Positions 42,680 through 55,589 are shown, counted from the stretch's first letter. The stretch: DNA of 64,000 bases from the human T2T-CHM13v2.0 reference genome, Homo sapiens (GCF_009914755.1 NC_060933.1); one strand, 5' to 3'. A program made the numbers and translations. Notes: a model not told the origin generated them from the letters alone.

Positions 42680-42782
42680 TCCTGTTATTTGCAGCAACAT
42701 GGATAAACCCGGAGGTTATTATGTTAAGTGAAATAAGCCAGGCACAGAAAGACAAACTTTTCTTTTTATGGATCATGCTTTT

Positions 42783-43179
42783 CAAAATTTTTTCATTGAC
42801 ACATAATAATTGTACATATTTATGGGGAACAGTGTGATTTTTTTGGATACATGTATACATTGTATAAAAATCAAATTAGGGTATTTGGCGTATCCAACAC
42901 TTCTTATATTTATCATTTCTTTGTGGTCAGGACATTCAAAATCCTTTCCCCTAGATATTTTGAAATATACACATAGTCACCCTACTGTGCAATATAATAC
43001 CAGAACTTATTCCTCCTATGTAACTATAACTTTGTGCCTCTTGACCAATCTCTCGCTATCTTCCTCTCCCCGCTCCCTTCCCCAGTCTCTGTTAACCACT
43101 ATGCTACTCTCTACTTCTATAAGATCAACTTCTTTAGATTCTACATATAAGTGAGATAATGCAGTATTTCTCTTTCTGT
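42783..43179 (-). mobile_element. L1MA 3' end, inverted relative to its upstream body
   Basis: attgacacataataattgtacatatttatgggg...gattctacatataagtgagataatgcagtattt. Confidence 0.85.
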
Positions 43180-43187
43180 ATCATTTC

Positions 43188-43463
43188 TTTTTTGAGACAG
43201 AGTCTCACCCTGGAGTGCAGTGGTGTGACCTCGGCTCATTGCACCTTCCACCTCCCAGGTTCAAGTGATTCTCATCCCTCAGCCTCCTAAGTAGCTGGGA
43301 TTACAGGTGCATGCCACCACACCCGGTTAATTTTTGTATTTTTAGTAGAGACGGGATTTCACCATGTTGGCCAGGCTAGTCTCAAACTCCTGGCCTCAAG
43401 TGATCGACCCACCTCAGCCTCCCAAAGTGCTGGGACTACAGGCATGAGCCACTGCACCCAGCA
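43188..43463 (-). mobile_element. Alu (AluS-like), antisense
   Basis: gagacagagtctc...ctgcacccagca. TSD-like flanks tctgtatcatttctt / tctctattatttctt. Confidence 0.94.
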
Positions 43464-43535
43464 CTCTCTATTATTTCTTATAACTGCAAGTGAGTCTACA
43501 ATTACCTTAAAGTGAAAAAATTTAATTTTAAAAAA
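43464..43535 (+). mobile_element. L1MC-like extreme 3' end
   Basis: tattatttcttataactgcaagtgagtctacaattaccttaaagtgaaaaaatttaattttaaaaaa. Confidence 0.7.
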
Positions 43536-43645
43536 GGGCCCTGTAAAACATGATGTCGAGGATTATTTGTTAATTTAATGATTAGAATGCATAAATCATC
43601 TCAATTTGTATAACATGCTCTGTCTTCAAACTCTTCAACCCTTGG

Positions 43646-43678
<33 letters not shown>

Positions 43679-43689
43679 AAGTTGTAAAC

Positions 43690-43840
43690 ATTTTTTAAAT
43701 TTAATTTAATTTTAAAAAATTTACAAATAATAGTTGTGCATATTCATGGAGTACATAGTGATGTTTTGATATAATTAATATATGGTGATCAGATCTGGGC
43801 AATTAGCATATCCATCATTGCAAACATTTATCATTTCTTT
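43690..43840 (-). mobile_element. Short L1 (L1PB/L1MA-like) 3' end
   Basis: acaaataatagttgtgcatattcatggagtacatagtgatgtttt...gcaattagcatatccatc. Confidence 0.7.
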
Positions 43841-44036
43841 TACTGACAACACTGCGGTAGGTAGGTAGGTAGATGCTTTTATACTGTGCGCTTGCAATTT
43901 TTCAAGAGAAAACATAGTTAGTGGCAAAAGTCTGGGTAGACCAGCCATGCATTGGTGGTTAGCCCATATTTCAAAGGAGTGCCCCAATTTCCACAGTCAC
44001 CACCAAGTAACATCTCATATTCTTTCTTATCTTCAG

Positions 44037-44165
44037 GAAAGCCACTAGTGAAAACGTCACGAATGACAGTGATCAACACGGAGAAGCCTGCAGTCACAGT
44101 CGATATAGGAAGCACCATCAAAACAGTGCAGGGAGTGAATGTGACAATCAACTGCCAGGTTGCAG
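44037..44165 (+). CDS. ADAMTSL1: ADAMTSL1 exon (129 nt), first half of Ig-like domain 3
   Basis: Acceptor tatcttcag|GA and donor GCAG|gtgaga. Encodes GKPLVKTSRMTVINTEKPAVTVDIGSTIKTVQGVNVTINCQVA. Confidence 0.96.
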
Positions 44166-44173
44166 GTGAGAAA

Positions 44174-44830
44174 TTCATGTTCATTTGTTCACACGTTAAT
44201 GGAGCCCTGTGCTAGGTTGGGGATACAAAGACAAATTAGACACAAATTCTACTCTCAGGGATATAGTGCTAGTAGGAAAGCCAAAGCATGAACCTCAGTC
44301 GTTCTGAAAGTAGAAAGTGCTACAGAAATTTAGAGGAAGAAAGATTAATTCTGACTGGGACAGATAGGTAAAATTGATCTTTTTATGTGTATGTTTTTCT
44401 TTAATCTTAGCCTTCCATACAGATAGAATGTGAACCTGCAAAGATGGGGGCAAGGAGTTCCAAGTGGACACAGGAGAGTGATAAATTCATGGAAGTAGAA
44501 AATCCTCTAGGCTGTAGAGAGAATTGGGTGAGCTTTGGTCTGGGTGGAGCCCAGAGTGCAGAAATGCAGGTGGGAAGTGACATTAAAGAGCCATGCTTCC
44601 AAAAGACAAAGCCACCAGCATTGAAGAAAATGGATTGAGAAGGGAAATACTAGGACAGAAAGGCCAAGTAAGACCCATCACTGTAGTTTAGAGGAGAAGT
44701 CATGGAGGCCTGAACTCAGGGCAGTGAGGATGGGAAGGTAACGACTGGATGGACATGAGAAAGATGGCAAGAGGTAAGACCAACAGCAGCGTGGAGCTTG
44801 CTCGAATCAGAAGTGGGCAGGAGTTATTAG
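44174..44830 (-). mobile_element. L2 fragments
   Basis: ttcatgttcatttgttca...ccctgtgctaggttggggatacaaagac...gaggcctgaactcagggcagtg. Confidence 0.65.
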
Positions 44831-45436
44831 AGAAGATAGCCAGTGGAGTTCTGATACAGGCATTGCTCTCAGGTGGGCCTTGCAAACTCAGAGGTCAACA
44901 GGGACCAGGAAGGCACAGTGAAGCAAGGAGTAGTAGACAAGAGGGGGTGGTAATATGCTCTGTATAAAAATATTTACCTTCAATTAAAAGACAGAAAACA
45001 CCTACATATAGCAGAATGAGGCCCAGCTACTATTTTTCCCTTCATGTAGACCACTCATTTGTCATGTGTGCCCTAGGGGTTTCACTGCCACAATGGGATG
45101 AAGAAATGAATGGTTCTTGTGCCATTGGGCAACTAGTCTTCTGATTGCTGTCCTCATCAGATATACCCCACAGTGGCATGGCCACACCAAACCCAGGTTC
45201 CCCGATCATACCCTGTCTGCAGAGTAGATAGGCAGTGGCACCCCATGCTTTGGTGGTTTCTTCATCTTAGATCTTCATCATATGAAGGTTTACCTCAATT
45301 TGTTACTTATAAGACATGAAAACCCATTTTAGAGTAAGTAGGAGGAATATCTTAACCTAGGGCTTACTGTTTCCGAATAACAGCCAAGTCTGATTTTCTC
45401 TGAAATATTCTGATAGCTTTAGGCTATCTGAAATAT

Positions 45437-45727
45437 GGCCAGACCTGGTGGCTCACGCCTGTAATCTCAGCACTTTGGTAAGCTGAGGTGGGCAGATTAC
45501 TTGAGCCCTGGAGTTGAAGACCAGCCTAGGCAACATGGCAAAACCTTGTCTCTACAAAAAAATACAAAAATTAGCCATGTGTGGTGACGCATGCCTATAG
45601 TCTCAGCTGAGGGAGGCTGAGATGGGAGGATCGTTTGAGCCCAGAGGTCAAGGCTGCAGTGAGCCATGGGCATGCCACAGCACTCCAGCCTGGGTGACAG
45701 AGCGAGACCCTATCTCAAAAAAAAAAA
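45437..45727 (+). mobile_element. AluJ-like
   Basis: Full dimer. 18-bp TSD ttaggctatctgaaatat / ttaggatatctgaaatat. Confidence 0.94.
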
Positions 45728-46100
45728 TTAGGATATCTGAAATATAAATATATCTTTGTAAGTGTGCATTAGCTTTGCCTTTGTAAAGCTTCTCATGGCC
45801 TTTGTGATGTTTCCCTTCCAGCCTCATCAGTGAAATCTAGAACCAAGTCCCTTCAGCCCCTGTACTCCTAGATAGGGAGTAAGACAAAACCCCTGACAGG
45901 GATTGGCATGAATGAGCTACCCCTCTGTGCAGGGATTAATGGTGGTGCCAGTAGAGCCCTTTCTGCAGAACCATCACCCCTCAACACACACCTGATCACT
46001 ATGGACACATGCTTTGGCGATGAAACACTGGTGATATGATGGACCATGTTGTGTATCTTCTTGAGAGGTGGAACTGGTAGGAGTAAAAGAATAGGGGAGG

Positions 46101-46395
46101 GGCCAGGCATGGGGACTCACACCTGTAATCACAGCACTTTGGGGGGCCAAGGTGGGTGGATCACCTGAGGTCAGGAGTTTGAGACCAGCCTGGCCAACAT
46201 GGTGAAACCCTATCTCTACTAAAATTACAAAAATTAGCCAGGCATGGTGGCAAGTGCCTGTAATCACAGCTACTCAGGAGGCTGAGGCATGAGAGTCACT
46301 TGAACCTAGGAAGCAGAGATTGCAGTGAGCCGAGATCGAACCACTGCACTCCAGCCTGGGCAATAGAGCAAGACTCTGTCTCAAAAAAAAAAAAA
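46101..46395 (+). mobile_element. AluS (Sx/Sz-like)
   Basis: ggatcacctgaggtcaggagtttgagacc. TSD aataggggagg. Confidence 0.95.
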
Positions 46396-48101
46396 AATAG
46401 GGGAGGAAAGTGCAGCAAAACAAGGAAATGGGCATTTAAAGGAGATTGAGAGAACCAGAATCTGGTTGAGGAAGTATTTACGTTGGGGAGCCTAAGATAT
46501 TAAAACGAGCTTTGGCCACTCTATTGTGCCGCCTAGGGCCCTCTCTCTGGGACTTCATCCAGAGGCTCACTTGATAACCTTATAGTGAGAACCTGATATA
46601 CCTAGTTTTCCCTGGCTATGACATTGCAGTCTTTATTTTTGTTTTTATCCATAAAACCATCTGTATTAATGCTGATTAACTAAAATAATTATTTGTATAT
46701 TTGTCCTTATTCCTCTTGTTAAACAAGATACTCATTCAAAGTAGGTGGGAAAGAGCCTGCTTATAATTACACAGTGAATTTGCTGGACAAGGAAATCATC
46801 TGTGAGCTTAGTCTCCAGTTAAAACACTGACAGCTATAATGCTAAATGCCAAATGGCAGAGGATTACTTTTACTTTGCTGCTATAAGCAGCTCTTAAGGC
46901 TCTTTCCTTACTCTTGGTCACCTCTATCCCATTCCCAGTCAGGCAGCTTAGTGACCTCCTGATTGGTTAGGTGGGATTCTCTAAGCACCAATAACACTGC
47001 CAGTAGGTAATACTCTAGCTTGAGAATTTGCAACCCAGATTCTCGTAATAGACAGGGAAGAGGGACTCCATAAGGGCCTGCTTAAAGCAGTATTTTATGT
47101 CATATTCATTCATGTTATTCATTTAGCAGTTTTTTATGGAGTATTTAATCCAGGTTAGATCAAATTTCTCCTAATCCAAGGAGCCACAGATAAACAAGAT
47201 ACAATTTTCAGGAAGCTCACAGTCTGGGAAGGAGAAAAGTTATGAAATATGTAATGATAATACAATGTGATATGTAGATACGGTTGTTGTTTTCTTATTA
47301 TAAAATATTAGAGTATTAAAGAAATTTTAGAAAACACAGAAAAATTTAAGAGTCCAAAAAGGAAAGAAAACAGCTTGTTCAAAGTCGTTCTCTCCAAACT
47401 CAACCACAGCTGACATTTTATTAATTTCCTTAATGATTCCCTTTTATCCTGCTTTATTTCCTCTCAGTAATAAACATTTGTCTGTGTCATAAGCATAATT
47501 TTAATGGCTATATAATAGCCTATATTAAGAATATTATGTAATTTACCTAGACCAACTCACATGTTTGAATTGTTAGCAGTTTTTCATTAAACAACTTTTT
47601 GCGTACATGTGCTTTCAGCTTACAAAATGCAGCCTCACATTCTTCCCAATCCTGAAGCATCAACAGCATTAGGCAATGAGTATGATAGGCTTTTTCTTGA
47701 AAAGTGACCTAATCCACTGTATCACTCCCATGCTTGTTCTCTATTTGTTCTCTGAAGAGGTCAGAAAACTGAGTCGGCGATAAAGGATCAGGGGAAGAAG
47801 CAGTGTTTCAGTAAATGGGAACAGAATGTGCAAAGGGCCTGAGGTAGAAAGAGCATGCTGCATTTAAAGAAGTAAAACCTGGCTGGTGGTGTGGCTATAA
47901 TATCAAGAGCAGAGAAGAAAGTAGCATATGAGGCTGAGGAGGTGTGGGTAGGCAGGGGCTAGATCTTACATGTTCTCATAGATTATGGTACAGTTTAGGT
48001 TTTTCTCCTAAAAGCAAAGGAAGTATTTGAAGGACTTACTTAGGAGATAAAATCAGCAGGACTAAGGATGCAGAAATAGTTCAAGAGTCAGTGATGGGTG
48101 G

Positions 48102-48536
48102 TGTATTAGGATAGATTAGACTCTGGTATCAAGTAGACCCCCAAATGTATAATGGCTCAAATACAATAGAAGGTTTATTTTTGCTTATCTAAGAGCCCAA
48201 AGAGTACACCTGGTCATCTGGAGAGGATCTGCCCCCACAGTGTCATGCAGGGTCACAGGATGCTGGTGGGTCTGACATCTGGAACACATGCCTTCCAAGG
48301 TCTCCATAGGGGTTACCTCTATCCTATCAACCAGGAGAGGGGAAAACAGAATATGGAGGATGGTTGAGAAGGCTTTTAAGGGCCACGCCTGGAAGGAGCA
48401 TACATTAAGACTTTTCACAATCCTTTAGTCACATGGCCACGCACAACTACAAAGGATGCTGGGGAAGGTAGGCTCACTGGGTACTCAGGAAAAAGAGGGA
48501 AACTGGTTTTGTGAACAGCTATCGTTGTCTGCCACA
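48102..48536 (-). mobile_element. Old MLT1(K/L)-like LTR
   Basis: tgtattaggatag...aatggctcaaatacaatagaaggtttattt...tagtcacatggccac...aactacaaaggatgctgggg...tctgccaca. Confidence 0.75.
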
Positions 48537-49414
48537 GTCAGTATGGAGAAACGTGGAAGGCTGGAAACCTTCTTTCCAGACTGCCTTGGTTTTTTAGAAT
48601 AATTGACAAGACTGACAGTTGAGTTACTGTATCCTTTCTCTTTTCTTTCCCTAAGCCACCCTACCTCCACACCTCCTAGGAAGCTTCTAGAATTTCCCAT
48701 GTAAAGGTGCACCTTTGAGTGGAAACCCCACCTTGAGATGTTGACACACCGCCATGGTGCAGGCAGCCTTCCAAATGTAATAAGGGATCCAGTTAACAAG
48801 AATACCCTGTCTGGGACTTTTTAAAAAAGAGTATTTTAGCATCACCCTACCTGGCAGCTCCATGGACATCAAAGGCACTGGACCTTGTAATCATATCAAG
48901 TTACCACCCAGTATGACTAAGCTCTTTTACTGATCCTTTCAAGCAGCAGGGAGAGCATGGGGCTGTTGAAAAGATACACCACAGGGGAAAATGCAAACGT
49001 GGGTTCTTTTCCTTCGCTGTTTTAAGATACAAATAATACCAGGGAGGTTAGCATGTGGAGCCTATCCAAGTAGCTGGTCCACAACAACATAGCTTTTGGA
49101 TTTTGTTCTGTGGTAGAGCATATTTTCTGTCATTTTCAGGTGTTTGTTTTTGTGGCATTTGCTGTCACACTACAGCAGGCTAGAAAAGATCATCTCCCGC
49201 AACCTGACCAAGCTTCTCAACAAGAAAGAGCTAAAAAGCCAGAACACATGGATTCTGGAACCTCTCTCCTGACAACACCTTGGTTTTACAACCACAGCAG
49301 AAACATTAATTCTGAAAGTAGAAAGGAATTAAGCCTTTGACAGTTCAGAAATAGTAAAGCAGCAGTTCAGATTTTCTCTCAAGTGTCAGGCTAGTATAAT
49401 GGCAGGCGGTGTAC

Positions 49415-49720
49415 ACTTGTTAAGATGGGGACTGTTGGCATTAAAGGTATCTCAGTTTGAATCCCCACCCTGGCACTGGTGGGTTACTGATTGGCTGTAG
49501 GGTAGGGAACTGGGGGGAACAGAAACTCTTTTCTGATGTAATGATGTAATCGTTCAGGCATCCAAACAAATGTGACCTTAGGCAGATTTCTTAATCTCTA
49601 TGAGACCCTTTTTCTCATAAAATGGAGTTATTAAATAGTACCTGCTTCACAGGATCATTGTTAAAAATAAGTGATTGTGTTTATAAAATGTTTGACTTAT
49701 AGCAAATGTTCAATGTTATT
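49415..49720 (+). mobile_element. MIR with a ~93-bp internal insert
   Basis: gtttgaatcccc...gcact, then the insert, then tgtgaccttaggcag...taaaatggag...agtacctgcttcacagg. Confidence 0.7.
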
Positions 49721-50632
49721 TCTCCGTTTAACACACTCAGGATACGTTTGCATGTCTCAGTACACTCCGATGTTGAGGTATTCTGAACATCAGTATTAGG
49801 CATGTGTATCACTACCTTTTCAAGGGACTCTGTGGAACATTCAAGGGCTGGTGACGTTTTTTAAAGCGTCGTTGTCATCTCCTGAGAGAAAAAGAAAAAA
49901 AAACTTTATAACACCTCAATTATTGTTTTCTATTTCCTCATTCTACATGCGTAATGTCAGAGCCAGTTATGGAAGGACTGGCTGTCACTCCAAGGTGTCT
50001 TAGTAATATCATTCTCCACCTAAGGCCCACAGTTCCAGGCAGGAAGTCCTCAAAATGTGGCACCAGTAACAATACCTACATCGGCAAACTCATAATGCAG
50101 ATCTGTGCTTGAATGAATCTGAGAGAGGTTTGCCAGTAGATTAAAGAATGATTCCCACTTAATTTCTCTTCCCTTGGGACTGCTGTCAGGTCCATGGTTC
50201 CAGGTTTACAGAAACTGGAGGTTTCTTCCTCCACCCTGCTATTCTGAACGTTTCCATTTCTCCCATGAAGTCCCCTGCTGTCACCAGAGGAATTCAGCCC
50301 TTTTGGTTTATATCCAGTCCTGTCCTCTCAAACAAGCACAATTTTAGAACGGCATGAGATAGACAGACATCAAGGGAATGGAAGAAGCTTGCAAGCCATT
50401 CCTGGGGGAGTGAGAAATAGCTCCCAGGTCTGTTTCCATCCCTGGGTTCTCTCCCTTCTCCCTCTGTTCCACCCTCCCTCCTCCCCTCTGTCACTCTCAC
50501 TCTCATTTTCTCTCCCCCTGAGTCTTTGTGTTTGCTGCCCACAGCCCTCCTCAAAGGAAGATGCAGGCAGTAAGTGCTGCATGTGAGCAATGTGAGGGAA
50601 AGAGGATGAATAATGGTAGAAAATGGTTTGCA

Positions 50633-51019
<387 letters not shown>

Positions 51020-51614
51020 TCATTTTTCCTTGTTCTTTCAGGAGAAAAATAGCTAAGAGTGCATTTCTTCAATTTACTTCTGAGGCTGTCTCCTAAATGC
51101 CGTGGATTTTTTTTTTTTAAATGGGAAAAAAACTAAGCTCAGGGTCCAAAGTCCAAGCTGGCATGGACAGGCATCATGATGCTCTTGCTCTCCCTAGTGG
51201 TGCTGCAATGAAAAATCAGCTGTTCCACCCCTCACCTGTGTCTTTTCTCCAGGTATCTTTAGAGATGATGCCAACCTGGCCCCTCTTACACACTTGAGCA
51301 TAAAGTATCCTACTGTTAGAGCCAGATTAGCGTGTGCCTCTCTCTGATGTGACAAGGCTGTGGTATCCAAGTCTCCACCCACTTTCGGTAGCCCTGCCTC
51401 TCTTTCTCTAGCCAATTTCAAGGACACGTAACAGATACACAGGCAACTCTTTGAAGACACTCTGCATTCTCAACAGAAGGCTAGCCATTAAGGGCAAACT
51501 GCCCTTGCCCCAAAGGCAAAAACCAGCCCCAGCTCAGGGAAAACACTAGACCACTAGACTAAAGGTCTGGCTCCTTGGCCATTCTTGGCTTTGACCCCAT
51601 TTCCCGGGACTTGA

Positions 51615-51923
<309 letters not shown>

Positions 51924-52504
51924 AGGACTTTACACTTTAAGCATGCCCTGGATACATGCCAGTGAGTTCTATAAATAAACTGTGTGAGCTGGGTCAGCAG
52001 GCTGAGTTGTGTAGGGGAGGGTGCTTTCTGCTCCCTAGAGACCTGTGAATCCGTGCCACATATGTTCAGTCTCTCAACATACTCAGAGCCCAGCCTCCTA
52101 TAGGATCCTCCTAAAACAGCATCTAGGAAGGCTCATCCTAAACTCTCAGGGCCTGTTTTCCAGCATGTCAACCACAAGGAAACTTCCTGAGGAATTCATG
52201 GGGTCCCTAGAGCACAGAGCCTGGCTTCCAAAGAGAGAGCCCATCCCAGGTCAGCAGATGATCTCCCCATCCCATCTCTCTCACAGAAAATAAACTTGGA
52301 TTGTGGAAAGAGTTGAGCACTTTCCTTTTGTCCTTTTCCTGTGGTTCTACTGATACTACCATTTCATGTTCTCTTGCTCTGAGAAGATATGCAGGCTTCC
52401 AAAAATACAAGCATGTTTTCTACATAAGAGTGTCAACTCCAGTAGCAATCTAGCAGCTTCCATTTGTCTAGTTCATACATATATTTTAACGTTGTATAGC
52501 TTTG

Positions 52505-52810
52505 CACTTTTTATTAAAATATATCTATACAGAAAAGTACATGTATCATAAAGGTACCAAGTGAACACTCCCCACCAGACCAGCCCCCGGTCAAGACACA
52601 GAGCATCGCCAGTGGCCAAGCCACTTGTCCCATTTCTCAGTCACAACCCCTCCCCATTCATTCCACTGACTACTAACAGCATAGATTAATGTTACCAGGT
52701 TTTTTTTTTTTTACTTACGGAAAGGAAATTATACAGTATGTACTCTTGTGTCTGCCATCTCTTACTCAACATTATGTTTATTTCATGTAGTTTCATTTTC
52801 ACTGGTGTAT
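52505..52810 (-). mobile_element. L1ME-like 3' fragment
   Basis: ttttattaaaatata...cagaaaagtaca...ctaacagcatagattaat...atacagtatgtactcttgtgtctg. Confidence 0.65.
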
Positions 52811-53210
52811 ACATTTGGTTCTCATGTTTTTCAAATACATTTTCTCCAAAGAATTTGGGTACTCTCCTTCCACCTTGGCAAGCCCCCCCTGCCAGCTTCC
52901 TGTTTCCTCCTCTTTGTACTGGCCTCCCTCTTCCTGTCTCATCACTGTAAGTTTAAAAGGCAAAAGATCTGGAGACAACTGAGATGTTTATCTTGTATCA
53001 ACATTTATTCTGATTCTTTGGTCACCCTGAAGTCTATATCCTTATCCTACCAGGCTCTGGACATTATTTAATCTGGCCAAAGCCTGGTAGAAGATGTCCC
53101 TGTAGAGCAGCCCCAGGGAAGGGGGATTCAAGAAGCTATAAATGCCTCTGGGCTCACCTGAATGTGTTTGACTGATGAGTGGGGTTTTTTGTTTTTTTTT
53201 TTCTTCCTAG

Positions 53211-53390
53211 GAGTGCCTGAAGCTGAAGTCACTTGGTTCAGGAATAAAAGCAAACTGGGCTCCCCGCACCATCTGCACGAAGGCTCCTTGCTGCTCACAA
53301 ACGTGTCCTCCTCGGATCAGGGCCTGTACTCCTGCAGGGCGGCCAATCTTCATGGAGAGCTGACTGAGAGCACCCAGCTGCTGATCCTAG
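53211..53390 (+). CDS. ADAMTSL1: ADAMTSL1 exon (180 nt), second half of Ig-like domain 3
   Basis: Acceptor ttcttcctag|GA and donor CTAG|gtaaac. Encodes GVPEAEVTWFRNK...DQGLYSCRAANLHGELTESTQLLIL. Confidence 0.96.
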
Positions 53391-53729
53391 GTAAACACTT
53401 CAAAGCTGGCTGCCTCTGCTGCACCCTGCTGGGAGTGACTATCTAACCCACCCTCTACCTCCTTTGTGCCCTAATCCAATTAAGGACATAAAAGGTAAAA
53501 TTGATATCCCTTCACTTCTTCCCAATTTAGGGCCTTTCGATAGAACACAAACTTTGAGCCCAAACAAGAGCTTGAACCTTGGCTCTTCCATTTACTAACT
53601 GCCTGGCATTGGGCAAGTTACTTCACTCTGCTAAGCCTTAGATACTGGTCTCTATGCGGAGACTCCAGACAGGAGGATTGCAAGGGCAGAACAGGTATCT
53701 CAAACAGAGATAACCTAATTAAAACAATT

Positions 53730-53898
53730 GTCCTTAACTCTTCCTGCATTAAGGACTTCTTTGAGAATCAGATAAAAACTATGGATTCCTCCTTCTAGAA
53801 AAATTCATACATGTAATATTTTTCATATAATTCCAGGAAGCTTATGGTCTGGTCCATCTAAAGTCTCCACATGTACCCCTAAACATAAGAACCCCTGA
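53730..53898. mobile_element. MER103-like hAT remnant
   Basis: ctttgagaatcagataaaaactatggattcctccttctagaaaaattcatacat...taagaacccctg. Confidence 0.6.
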
Positions 53899-55582
53899 TT
53901 AAAGACTCTGGCATGGCTCCTGGTATAAAATGGGTGCTTAAAAATAATTGCTGGGACACCATTCACCATCTGATTATTGCCCAGTTCTGGACTCAGCCAT
54001 GTTGCAAGCTATAACCGTTTTTGCCCCCTGGACTAGGGACACCCTGCTGTTCTTCCCCCACTGAGTCTGGGTGCTAGGGAGATAAAGTTAAAAAAAAAAA
54101 AAAAATTTTTTTTGGCTTTCTCAAAAAAAAGAGCAATTATTAGAGCACTTCTGCTCTAATTATGCTCTTTCTCACCTAGAGAAAGCTGTCATTCTAAGGA
54201 AAAAAGGGAAAGATGTAAGAAATAATAATTCATGCCACACATACATACATAAACATACATTACAGACTTCCTCAGGGAAAAATATTTAAACTTTACACTT
54301 CTGTTTTCACACCGAGAGTTGAAGATATACCAACACATAGGTCCTTCTAGACCCTGCCCACTCAGATTTCAGAGAGTCCCAAACGGGTTTTCATCTCACT
54401 GGTGGCTGCATAAACCTCCAGCCATCTTAAGAAGCCACAGAAAACTGGCTCAGAGAAAGATGTTATTTGTTTTGCGCTGGGTTTCATCCAGCTGAGCTGC
54501 TAGTCTGGAGCCCAGAGACCAGGGAATATTGCCCCACACTGAGTTACGGTGCTTACCAATGAGATTTTTCTCCCTAATAATCCTTCCTTATTGTCTCTGC
54601 TAACACAGATGAAAGTCTAAGATGTATGGCTGCTACTGTGGCTTTGCCAATGAAGTGTGTATGTTCTGTAGGCAGGTGCTTACTGCATTCCAACTCTAAT
54701 ACAGTGTAGCAGTGAACACGGTGTTCGAAGAGCAAAACATCTTCCCCATTTTCATCAAACTTAATGGGGAAAAAAATCACTGTCAAGACTCTTAGGTTTA
54801 AGGCTTTTCTTGATCACAGTTCTTGGTTTATTAAGGAAAGTTTGTTAGCTTTTAGCAGGTACTTTATGAACATCAAAGCAATGTCTCATTTAATCTGCAA
54901 AAATGTAGCTTAATTTTTAAAGGGGGCATTTTGTGGATGAAACTGAGATTTCACCCCAAGTTCCGTGACTTAACCTGTACTATGAGGACTTGAAATGCAG
55001 TAAGGCAGACTTTCATCCATGTATTCATATAGTCCATTGGACAGATATTCATTAAGTGTTGCCATTTTATGTTGCTGACATTAAGTTCCATGTCACCTGG
55101 ACACTGGTAAAGTTTTAGGAGAAATATAAGTGGTGGCCTCTACCCCTGGAGAATTTACAGTTTTCCTGGGAAGAGCAAATGGGCATGCACTGAAAAGGAA
55201 AATTACTTTCAAAGCTGTAAGGACATTAGGAGGGGCCAACAATTGGCCCAAAAAGAGCTGATTGTTTTGAAGATGGAAAGTACCCTCCCCTTTTTGCTCT
55301 TAGTAAATAAGCACAGCTTTCATGAGTTTCAAGAGGAAGTATTGAGGAGGAGAGAAAGAGAGATGCTTTGAGTAAACTGCCACCATCAGTTCCTAAAATC
55401 ATGGTATTCCAGAATAGAAAGAGATCTTAGAAAGGAACCTCATTTTGTAGATGAGAAAACTAAGGCTCTGAGGACTTAAATGACCTAATTAGTGAATGAC
55501 AGAGGCATGGCTCAAACTGAGGGTTCCTGAACCCAGGCATGATGTTTTTCTCTATGCCATATGAAAAGGATTCTTTTTAAAG

Positions 55583-55589
<7 letters not shown>

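Larger units (their letters stand above)
41297..42757 (+). mobile_element. Sense 3' segment of the same L1MA-like insertion
   Basis: ttacatccaactgaaaagcttctgcacagcaaaggaaac...gaactaccatatgatccagcaatcc...aagtgaaataagccaggcacagaaagacaaa. Confidence 0.88.
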
